In this document: piece by piece, positions 11,401 through 21,115 of the stretch
How the letters are laid out: every line of letters starts with the position of its first letter
Numbering within the stretch: the stretch's first letter is position 1
Source of the DNA: a virus
Direction: 5' to 3' (one strand)
DNA: 64,000 nt
Virus record (IMG/VR): IMGVR_UViG_3300031957_002603
Location: 67,466-131,465 of that record
Notes under the pieces: model-generated
Told to the model about the DNA's origin: nothing
What the model saw: the letters and a program-made list of their open reading frames with translations, nothing else
Database searches by the model: none
Made by a program: the position numbers and the translations under genes

Positions 11401-12756
11401 AATCGACATGCAATGCAACTAATTTCTTCAATTAATGTAAATGGTAAGGCTGTTTTGTCTGAAGGCGCCGGACTTTCGTTTACCTCTTTGGCAGATGGTG
11501 ACCCAAATGAAAGATGGATTATTCAACCAAAATGGGAAACACCAATATTAAATTTTAATGATGTTTCAATAACAACAAATGCAAACTATGACGCCCAAGC
11601 GCCTCGAGGTATGTGGCATCAATATGGAAGAATACCAGAAGAAAACGAATCAATTTTCATGCAAGTAACAGATATTCCAATTAGTTGGAATGAAAACTTT
11701 ATTGGAAACTCTGATTTTGCAGCAACTGGTTCGCTTGTAGATGTGTGTGGCTTTGACACATCTCAAGTCAAACTTGGCAAGGTTGAAAGTAAAAAGATTA
11801 TTAAAGAGGCTGTTGTTGCCGTTCCTTATATTCAAAAAGCAAATAGAAAGCAATTCTATTCCATTGGAGAAGATCAAGTTTTCAATGCAAAGAAGTTTGT
11901 CGAGGTAACAAAAAAAGAACAGATTAATGCTCCTAGAGATGGCGATCAACCACCAGACTTTTATGGATCAAAAACAACAAGTGTCATCATTGACATGATA
12001 AGAAAGATGGATGAGTTTGTGTTTCCTCCAACGATGGATTTCCTTCATTTTCCAGAAAAGGTTAAACCATTTGCAATGTATATCTTTGAATTTTCTCATG
12101 AACTTAATCAGCAAGATCTTGCAGACATATGGCAAAATCTTCCTCCAAGATTAGGCGAGAATTTTGAAGAAGCAGAAGCAACCATTTCACATCCGCTATT
12201 CTCCGATCACTTTCTTTCTTCAGTTCAAAGAGAGGAAGGACAGCAAACACCAACTGGTGGAACAATCGATACAGAGATTCGTTGGATGATTTTTAAAGTC
12301 AAGCAAAGAGCAGAAACCGATTATTCATCAAAAGTTGTGTCTGGTGTGAGCAACAAAACATTGAGAAAAAGAGTGTTGTTCCCAAAATCTCCACAAGAGC
12401 GTAAAGAAAACATTGATTCGCTATTGTCTTACAACTGGCCTTATGATTATTTCTCTCTTGTTGAATTAGTTAAGTTAGATGCTGAATTCACATTTACCGA
12501 TATTGATCCAAACAATCCCAATGCGCTCGGCAGAAAAGGTGACCCCAATAAAGATAAAGCAAAGAAAACAATTCAATCTAGATTAAAACAACCGGCACCA
12601 CCGGCACCACCGACATTGTCACCACCAGTAAATACTCCTGAAGGGCCGCAGGCATCTCAAGGGCAACCGGGTCCCGGAATGAGCATGCAAAGCCAAGCGC
12701 CTCAATTTAAGGCAGCCCAAATTTTTGGTGTTTTTCCAAAGCCCGGCGGTAATTAG
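8464..12756 (+). CDS. Large virion structural protein (1430 aa), Pro/Gln-rich C-tail
   Basis: Long ORF coupled to the wedge gene by a TAATG overlap. Composition is typical of structural proteins; family not recognised. Confidence 0.5.
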   Translation: MAQFVDFVGLNTFIYEANGYTYEISDLATEEYSANEYISKAGLVGTKLVLLYPNTIGNFGFAGSALEYADLENMDPRQTNRFAFEYRDIRNLINSNFPLYLSASMHGIESSASYFPALMLKRNGPYGHPMFKQIRVHQNPLTRRQIKENIFTIVETPSQEAIRTFGNNKIETIRSRYGNIVGFREAMVTSRYQPLDWLLGFSSDDERIVNAENPSQENIERLILRNSYGNDINFFANAELDNRLGLEIEEDEDYERISNFYLNGGLDADDSPASTFEFLKYRETVFPRETNAFRAISRKRTNYLNNFWRDDRQDRSIITTDAFGSKYVTSATGSGYRRPSIWPLDADVNFASRDIRDVHEEFLGFNANSGLGQLSGGAGILQNQYCQITTEPVEDLGSGDVQPEFDNNFRAGPLYSRRHTLSYNKYRGLSTIFSASVTGSVVSPDGIFIPETSSAGGGLAGLGVKGQGQALWEAGAQAGKNPFYSSYDYWWEQLRLKAKDYSVVPEFRISEFIETIEKSGSQTFIDNMFEVTGGSSGDIDLERPYDQFFGNDSSETKFYETYSTSDFMKHFAKIKKDHDEFVEPSKITLTCKAFKKFLAYDSFYPANRTVDLATQFSRSYADNIEFSSSFGDTTGGNNKRQVGLQAILKPMMAPGILYNSIRSGLACDYPIHDNTLTGEIALSSSSGPALIAYSNDKEFTTRLPFETIYNPEKFLFNKNIACDEPDPNANTNVRASLQGGSDNLYKKMINNFLAETTNFFLEDSQLSFIVSKKQSDPSFGVMEAGKTYAMRIKVGKTYSTSRKPFSNENGSYFPPNQYIEGDDYARENITMYSRPSAFGPPSPAYGDRHGAGALGAGIGFMGSYIGYNFPYTPPYYYGEAYCDVLFHAENTQKYTLTEILQGSEYYIIRVDPESYASSSLNIRGFNNPAFGPTTGLQGTGSRVGYPDYLSSYGFYPDRFRGTYDDGINKTTFNRTLNVVNRHAMQLISSINVNGKAVLSEGAGLSFTSLADGDPNERWIIQPKWETPILNFNDVSITTNANYDAQAPRGMWHQYGRIPEENESIFMQVTDIPISWNENFIGNSDFAATGSLVDVCGFDTSQVKLGKVESKKIIKEAVVAVPYIQKANRKQFYSIGEDQVFNAKKFVEVTKKEQINAPRDGDQPPDFYGSKTTSVIIDMIRKMDEFVFPPTMDFLHFPEKVKPFAMYIFEFSHELNQQDLADIWQNLPPRLGENFEEAEATISHPLFSDHFLSSVQREEGQQTPTGGTIDTEIRWMIFKVKQRAETDYSSKVVSGVSNKTLRKRVLFPKSPQERKENIDSLLSYNWPYDYFSLVELVKLDAEFTFTDIDPNNPNALGRKGDPNKDKAKKTIQSRLKQPAPPAPPTLSPPVNTPEGPQASQGQPGPGMSMQSQAPQFKAAQIFGVFPKPGGN

Positions 12757-12767
12757 AGAAACAAGAC

Positions 12768-13745
12768 ATGACATTTTTTGATAAAAAAGAAGAAGTAATT
12801 TCAATCGAGTTGACTCCATATGGTCGTCACTTGCTTTCGCTTGGAAAATTAAGGCCCTCATACTATGCTTTTTTTGATGACGATGTAATTTATAATGTCG
12901 AGGCAGCCGGATTAACAGAGACCAGTGCTGACATTAAAACAAGAATTCTTGAAGAAACACCGTACATGAAACCGACTTGTCTTTTCAGAAACGTAAATGA
13001 TACAGTGGGTCGGTCGGAGAATTATCTTACAACCGAGGAGATTAGATATCCTTCCGCCGATAACAAAATATATTTTCTTCAAAACCCTCTCGGAACTTGT
13101 GACCACACTGCAACAGAATCACCCGCTCTCAAAGCAACATTTATTCTTAATTCTAGTTCAGCCGGAAGCAAGTTCCAAATCAATTCAACATTTCCAGATC
13201 AACAAATACCCCAGATTGACATCGATTATGACTACACTGTCGAAGTGAAGAATACAAACAAAGAAGCCAATCGTGAACTTGTAACAAACGCACCTCCTGA
13301 ATTTCGTTCAAAGATATTCGATGATGGAACATATTACGACATTCAAGATGACAATATGATTCTACAACTGCTGGAGGAGAACGGTTTTGCTTTGACTGAT
13401 TCGTTTGAGATTGAGGTATTCAAATTAGATGACACTGATTCTGAAAAGATGGAGCAATTAAAGTTCTCCCCAAGGGTCAGTAAGATTAAAGATGATTATA
13501 TTTTAGATGAAGTGTTAGAAGATCCATCCCTCATAATTAATCAAGAATACGTTGAATATTATTTTAATATATTTGTCGACAATGAGATCTCAATTAACGA
13601 TTTATGTAAAGGAATTAAGAATCTTCAATCGCAAAATATCTTTATCGACCTCGAAGTAAACTGCCCGGACGTGCTAGAAACTGGTGACGTAAATATTTAT
13701 AGAACAAGAATAACTAAAGACGATTTGGAGATTTGTGATGATTGA
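12768..13745 (+). CDS. Baseplate/fibre-attachment protein; N-terminus paralogous to 18995 ORF
   Basis: MTFFDKKEEVISIELTPYGRHLLSLGKLRPSYYAFFDDDVIY aligns with MGFLDNSGDIILDVVLTDLGRQLLAKG...KFALSDDEIDY. Confidence 0.55.
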   Translation: MTFFDKKEEVISIELTPYGRHLLSLGKLRPSYYAFFDDDVIYNVEAAGLTETSADIKTRILEETPYMKPTCLFRNVNDTVGRSENYLTTEEIRYPSADNKIYFLQNPLGTCDHTATESPALKATFILNSSSAGSKFQINSTFPDQQIPQIDIDYDYTVEVKNTNKEANRELVTNAPPEFRSKIFDDGTYYDIQDDNMILQLLEENGFALTDSFEIEVFKLDDTDSEKMEQLKFSPRVSKIKDDYILDEVLEDPSLIINQEYVEYYFNIFVDNEISINDLCKGIKNLQSQNIFIDLEVNCPDVLETGDVNIYRTRITKDDLEICDD

Positions 13746-16700
13746 TAGAATTATAGGAAACGGCAACTTGCCAAATGTCTATATATCCCAGATTGAGGTA
13801 AAAGATTCTAATCGCATCGCTGGTCTTGAGAAGATGATAAAAATATCTTTGACCTTGGTCGTTAAAGATAAAAAGATCAACGGAAACTTTCAATGGTCGC
13901 AGAACGGCTTCATGACTGACTATCTCTTGATCAATCTCCTTCAATCCACTAATCAGAACTTCTCAAATCAAATAACAAACGGTGACTTTACAATTATTAA
14001 GTCAGATTATAAAAACTCGACTTTCTTTAACGAAACGCAAGTAAAAAGAATGTCAAAAAAATTAAAACAATACACTGACTCTAAAACACAATTCTTGGGC
14101 TTAGACTCGAACGGAAATGAAATTTATGATTTTTATTATGATTTTGAAATTGATATTAAACAAAGCGCAGCGACAAACTTAACTTACTTTGCCAACATCA
14201 GCATCGACTCGACTGATCTCGCAGTGCAATATAATGCTGATTTCTCTTCAAACATAATGTCCCTATATCAAGGCCCAGTGACATCCGAGATTGTATTTGC
14301 CGGAGGCCAACTTCAAACATCAACAAATAAATTTGTTTATTCCGATGGCATGCAATATGGTGGAGCGGTTCATGAACACGAAGGCCAATATATGGAAGGA
14401 CCCTTCCACACAAACAGAAGACATAGAAACCTCACTGTATCACAGATTCCAAACTTAAAGATTAAAGACCTTAGAGGCGTGAATCAACAACCAAAACTGC
14501 TGAACGCTCAAAAGCAAATTAATAATTTCTTTGGTGATCCGTATACGACAAACGACGAAGACGGAAGAATAAAGAAAATATTTTTTGTTGATTTCAACTC
14601 AATATTTAGACAAAAGACCAAATATGGTGAAATGTTACACCAGATAGACCAAAATGTTTATGAAGAGGCATTATCAAATTTTAAAATTAAGAAACTTTCT
14701 ATATATCGTGATCAAGTGATTGTGACCGAAAATAATTCAAACTATGCCAAAAAGAAAGAAATTATCACGCCGGTACAAGGTTCAAGAAAGATTCTAAATA
14801 TCACGAAGGACATAACAGCGTATAATCTGTCTTCCTCGTACAACATCATGTCCTCGATTGAAGAGGTCAACATGGGTTCATCAAAAGTTAGATACTTTAA
14901 CGTTGTTGACGAAGATGCCAAAGACAGATATTCCGGAAACTACGCTTACACAATGGAACTGAAGATTATCGACAGTTCGATTGATTATTTAAAATCTAAA
15001 TTTACAAAATATAAAGCAGACATCAAAGCGTTGGAAAGTTATTATCTGAGAGCAAACAAGAGAAAATATTACAACTCTTTCAAGAAACAATTCACAAATC
15101 AGTTCATAAGTGACGAAAACTCTCTTTATAATCTCGGTACGCCGTCTAGTTTTACCACAGTGCCGTGGATTATATCGGTAGAGAATTATTCAGAACTTAA
15201 TAAATTTTTAAACTTTTCAACCGAAGATGAAGACATCGCAATTAAGAATAATGTTTTTAACTCAATTAGTCCAAAGACCGGAAACACAAATGGTATTCTA
15301 AACTTTATTCAAATGTACAAGGATGCTGTATTAACCTTTACCACAAAATTCGGACTTAACAGCATGATTCAAGGCAGCGGATTTAATGTCTCTCCTTCGT
15401 CAAGATCACCTGTGCTGAAGAACTTGATAGAAATATCTTATACAGACGAGGACTATACAGACTTTGCAATTACTAGATCTGGCTACCGTATTGTGCCAAA
15501 GCAGCCAACTGAGACAGTAACGCTGGGTGCGTTGCCATATGAAAGCCCAGTCACCACCGCTGTAGTAGAAAAACCGGTCTTTACGCAAGAAAGAATACCT
15601 CTATCTGGATTCCAGTCAAGAGTTGAGGACGAGAAAAAAAGATTTTTCCGCAATAATCCAACATTGACTCGGTCAGAAAAAAAGAATTTCAAAAGGAAAA
15701 ACCTTGATTCTTTTACAAATATTAATAAAAAGGCGCCAAAATATTTAACGCCAATTGCTATGTCAGATAAGGGAAGCAAAATAGATCTCTCTGCTCCGAG
15801 CCGAACTAATAGTAAAAAATTAAATAAAAAAATAAAAGAAATTAACAAAAGAAAAAACAAAACAAAATATAAAAGAAAGTTTAAAAAAAGATCCAACAGG
15901 TTGCTTAAAAATAAAAGAAATCCTCAAAAGAATAAAAGAAATCTTCGAGCGAACAAACGCCCCACAAGAAGTAGAATTTTTTCAAAAAAAATAAAATTTA
16001 TGAAGCCTCCGGCAATTAAGCAATTTGATTTAAATAGAAAATTAAATTATGATGCTGCCGATTATCTTGGAAAACAAACCAAAATTAATTCAACAACTGA
16101 AAAGTTTCAACTGCAAGAACTCGACAGAAAAGAAGTATTTAGAACAAGTGAAAAGATAAGATCTGCTATTTTAAAAAGAAAAATTAAAAAAACAAGAAAT
16201 AAATTTGATATGGAATCAAAGAATAATATTATTGATAATATTATTAGCGATGACAATGTCGATACAGATATGGCTTTACAAGATATGCCACTTCAATTGA
16301 AAGCGCTCGTCTCTTCTAGAAACGAATCATCTAAATCTAATCTTTTATCTTCACAGTCAGATGTTCTGGTTTCAGAAGAAACAGAAAATGAAATGCTAAT
16401 TACTCACTTCAATATACAAAAACTAGAATATCTACACGGCTTTATGGAAGATGAAAATGGTGACCCAATCATCACGGCCCCTATTTGGAAAGAGGCTGAT
16501 GCTGACTCACTTGCCTCAATTCAAACTCCGTCTTTTGTTATGAGAGCCGTTAACTATGTAAACGAATCATTATTTGTTGATATACCTGATGAAATAGATC
16601 TTCCAATATTTGATTCATTCATGGTTTTTAACAATGACACAAACTTTGTTACGACAAATCAGCAAACAATTATTAGTCCACTGTTCTATAGTTATAATAA

Positions 16701-16878
16701 TAATTCTGATGTTGTTTATGATTTTTGTACTTCGAACATTATAAAACAATCAGAAAAGCAAAATGGATTATTCACAAACCAACGACAAGTTGCCGCAAAC
16801 GTTACATCACAGGTTCAAGATGGAAATCAGACAATTACAACTGGCCGCTCTGGAGCGCCTAGTGGAGGCTCGTACTAG
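13735..16878 (+). CDS. Large hypothetical virion protein with His-rich motif and K/R-rich low-complexity segment
   Basis: 1047-aa ORF (GTG 13735 or ATG 13738) in the structural operon, overlapping the previous stop. Confidence 0.5.
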   Translation: MMIDRIIGNGNLPNVYISQIEVKDSNRIAGLEKMIKISLTLVVKDKKINGNFQWSQNGFMTDYLLINLLQSTNQNFSNQITNGDFTIIKSDYKNSTFFNETQVKRMSKKLKQYTDSKTQFLGLDSNGNEIYDFYYDFEIDIKQSAATNLTYFANISIDSTDLAVQYNADFSSNIMSLYQGPVTSEIVFAGGQLQTSTNKFVYSDGMQYGGAVHEHEGQYMEGPFHTNRRHRNLTVSQIPNLKIKDLRGVNQQPKLLNAQKQINNFFGDPYTTNDEDGRIKKIFFVDFNSIFRQKTKYGEMLHQIDQNVYEEALSNFKIKKLSIYRDQVIVTENNSNYAKKKEIITPVQGSRKILNITKDITAYNLSSSYNIMSSIEEVNMGSSKVRYFNVVDEDAKDRYSGNYAYTMELKIIDSSIDYLKSKFTKYKADIKALESYYLRANKRKYYNSFKKQFTNQFISDENSLYNLGTPSSFTTVPWIISVENYSELNKFLNFSTEDEDIAIKNNVFNSISPKTGNTNGILNFIQMYKDAVLTFTTKFGLNSMIQGSGFNVSPSSRSPVLKNLIEISYTDEDYTDFAITRSGYRIVPKQPTETVTLGALPYESPVTTAVVEKPVFTQERIPLSGFQSRVEDEKKRFFRNNPTLTRSEKKNFKRKNLDSFTNINKKAPKYLTPIAMSDKGSKIDLSAPSRTNSKKLNKKIKEINKRKNKTKYKRKFKKRSNRLLKNKRNPQKNKRNLRANKRPTRSRIFSKKIKFMKPPAIKQFDLNRKLNYDAADYLGKQTKINSTTEKFQLQELDRKEVFRTSEKIRSAILKRKIKKTRNKFDMESKNNIIDNIISDDNVDTDMALQDMPLQLKALVSSRNESSKSNLLSSQSDVLVSEETENEMLITHFNIQKLEYLHGFMEDENGDPIITAPIWKEADADSLASIQTPSFVMRAVNYVNESLFVDIPDEIDLPIFDSFMVFNNDTNFVTTNQQTIISPLFYSYNNNSDVVYDFCTSNIIKQSEKQNGLFTNQRQVAANVTSQVQDGNQTITTGRSGAPSGGSY

Positions 16879-18962
16879 TGTCTACATTTACTAAAATCAT
16901 TGTTAAAGATACGAATTACTTTGATAGAATACAGGCAAACACAAATCCGACAATCACTGTTGAGAATACGGCCAACCTTACAACAACTTTCAATAATCAA
17001 TTGAGAGAGAAAAAAATAAATGTTGAGTTTGTGTCCTCGGAGTTTGATCAGAATCAAGCCAACCTTACTTTGAACGAAAAGATAAAGATTACCGCAATCC
17101 CTTCTGCTTATGGATCATTTGATGCTTTTAGATCCGAGATCCAGCAGTCTCTTAATTTAAATTACCTTAATCATTTAACGAGCATTCAAACACAACAAAG
17201 AACGCAAACAAATGACAATGCAGATTTTACGATCTCGTATGTATCAAGTTACAATTATTATGCTCAGGGATACGAGAACTTTATATCAGATATAGATGAA
17301 AAGTTAATAGGTAATTATTATGTTGAGAAAAATCAAACCGATGTCTCAAAAATATATAATTTTAATGCGCCGAACAAAGACTTTTTTAATGCAATTGGAT
17401 CAACACAGCAAGTAGAAACAAGTGACGAATCATTGCAGACATTTAGAAACTGTATTTTAAACAATATTAGTTCTGTTATGAGCGAGGTTCAAAAATATCC
17501 GTTTTATTTTAACTTTAAGTTTGAGACGCATGGTAATGACAACTTGACAGACTTCATGAACTCAACAGGAATGGTTTATGACTTGATGGACTTTTATGTG
17601 AATTCACAACCAGCAGCGTCAACAAGTTTTGATTTATTGTTTACCGGTGACTCGGCTAATGTGCGAGAGAACGTTACAACAAGAATCTTTCCGTTCTCTA
17701 CGTGGTTAAACGATACAAACTACAATTTGTCAAACTTGGATCAAATCAAATTAATTGGAGCATCTTATCGCCAGATTGGAAACATGGAGGGCAAGTTTCA
17801 AAAACTGACCCTAAACGGAATCTTTAGAAATAAAGTTAAAGAAAACCTGAGAACAATTGAAAAAGTTTTTAATAATGAAGAGTGCTCCAATCAAGTTCTT
17901 TTTTACAAAGTCGAGAAGTATATCAACAACTTTCTCGGAGTCCCGACACAAACATTCTGGTTCATGAATAAGCATGACGCAGTGAACTATTACGACACAC
18001 AGGTAAAGTATGGGACTCCATATGCCTACAGGCTTATAGCCTATACGCTAGTTGTAGGAAACAGTTATCAATATACAAATGCTGAATTTCTTGACAATGA
18101 TGGCGAATATACTGTGATGCTCGATGTTGTTAATGTACCAAGCGCTCAAGTCGTCGAGATTCCCTTGATTGAATTCACATTAGTGTCAATACAGAATCCA
18201 CCGCTCAAACCACAAGTTTCTTTCAGCACAAAGATGAGTTCTGACAACAATATTAAGATCACGCTGGGAGATAATGTCGGAGATGGTCTGGATGATTTTG
18301 TTGTGATATCCGATGCCGATAGAGTACAAGAACGCCTTATGGGTATTGTTGCTAATAATTATAACGGCAATAATCAGAAAAGATATTTCAATAGTGATGG
18401 CAATCCTGTCTACTACGAGATCTACAGACTTAATATGCCACCAAAGAGTTATCAAGACTTTGTTGGATTTAAAATAGCAGATGCAAAGCAATTCTTTTCA
18501 GATAGCAAGAAAACTTCTTCTGATGTTTCAATAAACGATTATATTTTATCAAACACAGACTATTATTATATGATAAGGTCCGCCAATATTCATGGCCATG
18601 TTGGCAACCCGAGCAAGGTTTACAAAGTGTCGTTGGTGCAAGATGCAGATGATTCAAAAATCAATGTTGAAATTTATGATTTCCCAAAACCAAAACTTTT
18701 TGACAACAACAAAAAATTTAATTCTTTGCTCCAAGTCAGGCCAGCACTAGGTCAAGTAGTTTTTGATAATAATCAGCCGGCTTTGTTTAATGAAACTTCA
18801 GCAAAAAACAAACTAAATAATATTAGGCTTGGTGATTTGCCTGAACAAATATGGGGCAATACTTTCAAAATAAGATGCACTAGTTCGACAACCGGTAAAA
18901 AAATAGATTTCAACGTTACGTTCAACATTAAAACGATAAATTCGGAAGAGAATTTTGATTAG
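16878..18962 (+). CDS. Virion protein with fibronectin type III-like repeats
   Basis: DTQVKYGTPYAYRLIAY and DYILSNTDYYYMIRSANIHGHVGNPS are FN3-like strands. GTG start overlaps the TAG stop, with a GGAGG RBS. Confidence 0.5.
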   Translation: MSTFTKIIVKDTNYFDRIQANTNPTITVENTANLTTTFNNQLREKKINVEFVSSEFDQNQANLTLNEKIKITAIPSAYGSFDAFRSEIQQSLNLNYLNHLTSIQTQQRTQTNDNADFTISYVSSYNYYAQGYENFISDIDEKLIGNYYVEKNQTDVSKIYNFNAPNKDFFNAIGSTQQVETSDESLQTFRNCILNNISSVMSEVQKYPFYFNFKFETHGNDNLTDFMNSTGMVYDLMDFYVNSQPAASTSFDLLFTGDSANVRENVTTRIFPFSTWLNDTNYNLSNLDQIKLIGASYRQIGNMEGKFQKLTLNGIFRNKVKENLRTIEKVFNNEECSNQVLFYKVEKYINNFLGVPTQTFWFMNKHDAVNYYDTQVKYGTPYAYRLIAYTLVVGNSYQYTNAEFLDNDGEYTVMLDVVNVPSAQVVEIPLIEFTLVSIQNPPLKPQVSFSTKMSSDNNIKITLGDNVGDGLDDFVVISDADRVQERLMGIVANNYNGNNQKRYFNSDGNPVYYEIYRLNMPPKSYQDFVGFKIADAKQFFSDSKKTSSDVSINDYILSNTDYYYMIRSANIHGHVGNPSKVYKVSLVQDADDSKINVEIYDFPKPKLFDNNKKFNSLLQVRPALGQVVFDNNQPALFNETSAKNKLNNIRLGDLPEQIWGNTFKIRCTSSTTGKKIDFNVTFNIKTINSEENFD

Positions 18963-18963
18963 A

Positions 18964-18971
18964 ACTAATTA
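18964..18971 (+). promoter_or_regulatory. Putative late promoter ACTAATTA
   Basis: Motif starts 31 nt before ATG 18995 and recurs before many structural genes. Confidence 0.6.
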
Positions 18972-18994
18972 ATATAACAATTTGAGGATTAAAT

Positions 18995-19960
18995 ATGGGA
19001 TTTTTAGATAACAGTGGCGATATCATTCTTGATGTTGTGCTTACTGATTTGGGCAGACAATTGCTCGCTAAAGGCGACGGGTCATTCAATGTAACCAAGT
19101 TTGCATTGTCGGATGACGAAATCGACTATAGTTTGTATAACAAGAATCATCCAAGCGGTAGTTCTTACTACGATCTAGAGGTTCTGCAAACCCCTGTGTT
19201 CGAAGCATTTACTGACAACGCTGCATCGATGAAAAATAAACTTCTGACATTTGAAAATCAGAATCTTTTGTTCTTGCCTGTTCTCAAACTAAATCAATCG
19301 TTTCCGGGCACCTCTTTGCATACTGATGGCGCATTTGTTGTTGCGGTTGACAGAAACACAGAGGATAACACTTCTACAACTAGCCCCGCAACTTCAATTG
19401 GTACAACATCGGAAGGTAAGGTTGTCGCTGGTGTGATCTTTGGTGAGTCTCTAGGTGCAGGTGCGCAAGCACAGAACTTCATCAGAGTCGACCAAGGCCT
19501 TGACACAACACAAGTATCAGCCAAAAAGGCTTTAGATCCAGATCTTGTTGAGACTGAATACATGATTCAAATCGACAACCGCCTAGGTTCGATTGTAAGT
19601 TTTGACGGCGCCAACCGTGCAGTACCTGATTATATTGACGATGACAACATCGCCTATTACACTTTCTCTCTCGGTACGGATCAACAATACGTTCAGAACA
19701 ACACAGTCACCGAGGACACAAATACAGAAACAATCTTGGGCCCACGAGGAACATTCTTCAGGTTCTCAGTTGCTTCTTCGCTAGAGTTGAATACAAGCAC
19801 ATACTTGTTCACCCAACTTGGTTCTACAACCACGATGGATAATGCGGGTGGCAATGATCCTTCTCCATCAACTGTAAAACTTATTGACACAATTGTCAAA
19901 GTAACCGGAATGACCACAGGATACAGCGTTGATATTCCTGTACGATTTGTAAAACTATAG
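18995..19960 (+). CDS. Baseplate/tail-fibre attachment protein (DUF3751 N-half-like)
   Basis: VLTDLGRQLLAKG...VTKFALSDD resembles the N-terminus of P2 gpH-like tail-collar fibre domains. GAGG RBS; ACTAATTA upstream. Confidence 0.55.
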   Translation: MGFLDNSGDIILDVVLTDLGRQLLAKGDGSFNVTKFALSDDEIDYSLYNKNHPSGSSYYDLEVLQTPVFEAFTDNAASMKNKLLTFENQNLLFLPVLKLNQSFPGTSLHTDGAFVVAVDRNTEDNTSTTSPATSIGTTSEGKVVAGVIFGESLGAGAQAQNFIRVDQGLDTTQVSAKKALDPDLVETEYMIQIDNRLGSIVSFDGANRAVPDYIDDDNIAYYTFSLGTDQQYVQNNTVTEDTNTETILGPRGTFFRFSVASSLELNTSTYLFTQLGSTTTMDNAGGNDPSPSTVKLIDTIVKVTGMTTGYSVDIPVRFVKL

Positions 19961-19969
19961 GATTAGAAA

Positions 19970-21109
19970 ATGGCAAGTTCTTTTAAACAAATAACCCCAA
20001 ATGACAGAGTATCAACACGAACTCTATTGCACGAAGCAATTCCACTAACCGGAACGATAGTTTCCGGAACATATTCCGATGAGAACATCAAAAACTATTC
20101 TCACGGTATGTTCCAGTCTGTATATGACTACCCTTATCTAAGTTCTTCTGCAAATCACATTTTTGATATTACTGCTGGATATTCTTCAGATAGTGAATTG
20201 TCTGGTGCAGATAATGCCCAGAATGCAAAGAAGATTAATATCTACAACCAAATGTCACAAATGCTAGTTGGCTATGACATCACAGGTTCGGTATTAAAAT
20301 TTGATGAAGATGGAAACATATTGGCCGGAGGAAACAAACTTAAAGAATGTATCTTCTTGAATTTCTCTCGACTTCTTTATAAAGATGAGGTCAAGAAAGG
20401 AACTTTCTCGCTTGAACTCGGTGTTAATCCTGCCTTTGAATTAACAGCATCTTCACAAAGCACCTTTAATCATAGAATTCTAATTACCGACTTTAGTGGA
20501 TCTGATGGTTATCTTGTAAACTCTCCTCTTGGTGAGTATGGCGTTTTATATGCAACCGCTAGTACAGAAACAGCAGGTGTTGAAATCCTCGCTAATGATC
20601 CTAGCACCAATGGTCGCCCACCTTGTGGTTTGATTTATTATCAAGCGGGTGTTGCTGTACTGTCTTCTTCGCTGTTTTTGGATAACAGATCGGGACAACA
20701 TGGATTACTTGAGGAGGGAACCACAATTGCAAACCTTAGTTGCTCAGGACCAGTCAGTATCTCAGAAGATATTAACGCTGTATTATCTGGCTCACTCATC
20801 ACAGGCTCTGCGGACAATTTGAGAAATAGAATTTACAATCTTCAGTTTAACAATACTGTCGAACTTAATTCAACAATTTATTTCTGCCGAGTAAACCATA
20901 ACGAGTTCAACTATTCAGGTAATCCAACCTATCTTAGTTCTTCACAGATCAGAGTCAAAGAGGTCTCAACTGACGAGCCTGTCTCGTACATCACGACTGT
21001 TGGTCTTTACTCCGAGAATAACGAACTTCTTGCTGTTGGCAAACTCAGTGAGCCACTTAAGAAAACTCCTTCGAATGAATTCACGATTAGAACGAGACTA
21101 GACTATTAG
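19970..21109 (+). CDS. Baseplate/tail protein (DUF3751 C-half-like C-terminus)
   Basis: C-terminal YITTVGLYSENNELLAVGKLSEPLKK; paralogous to the next gene. Confidence 0.55.
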   Translation: MASSFKQITPNDRVSTRTLLHEAIPLTGTIVSGTYSDENIKNYSHGMFQSVYDYPYLSSSANHIFDITAGYSSDSELSGADNAQNAKKINIYNQMSQMLVGYDITGSVLKFDEDGNILAGGNKLKECIFLNFSRLLYKDEVKKGTFSLELGVNPAFELTASSQSTFNHRILITDFSGSDGYLVNSPLGEYGVLYATASTETAGVEILANDPSTNGRPPCGLIYYQAGVAVLSSSLFLDNRSGQHGLLEEGTTIANLSCSGPVSISEDINAVLSGSLITGSADNLRNRIYNLQFNNTVELNSTIYFCRVNHNEFNYSGNPTYLSSSQIRVKEVSTDEPVSYITTVGLYSENNELLAVGKLSEPLKKTPSNEFTIRTRLDY

Positions 21110-21115
21110 CATGTT

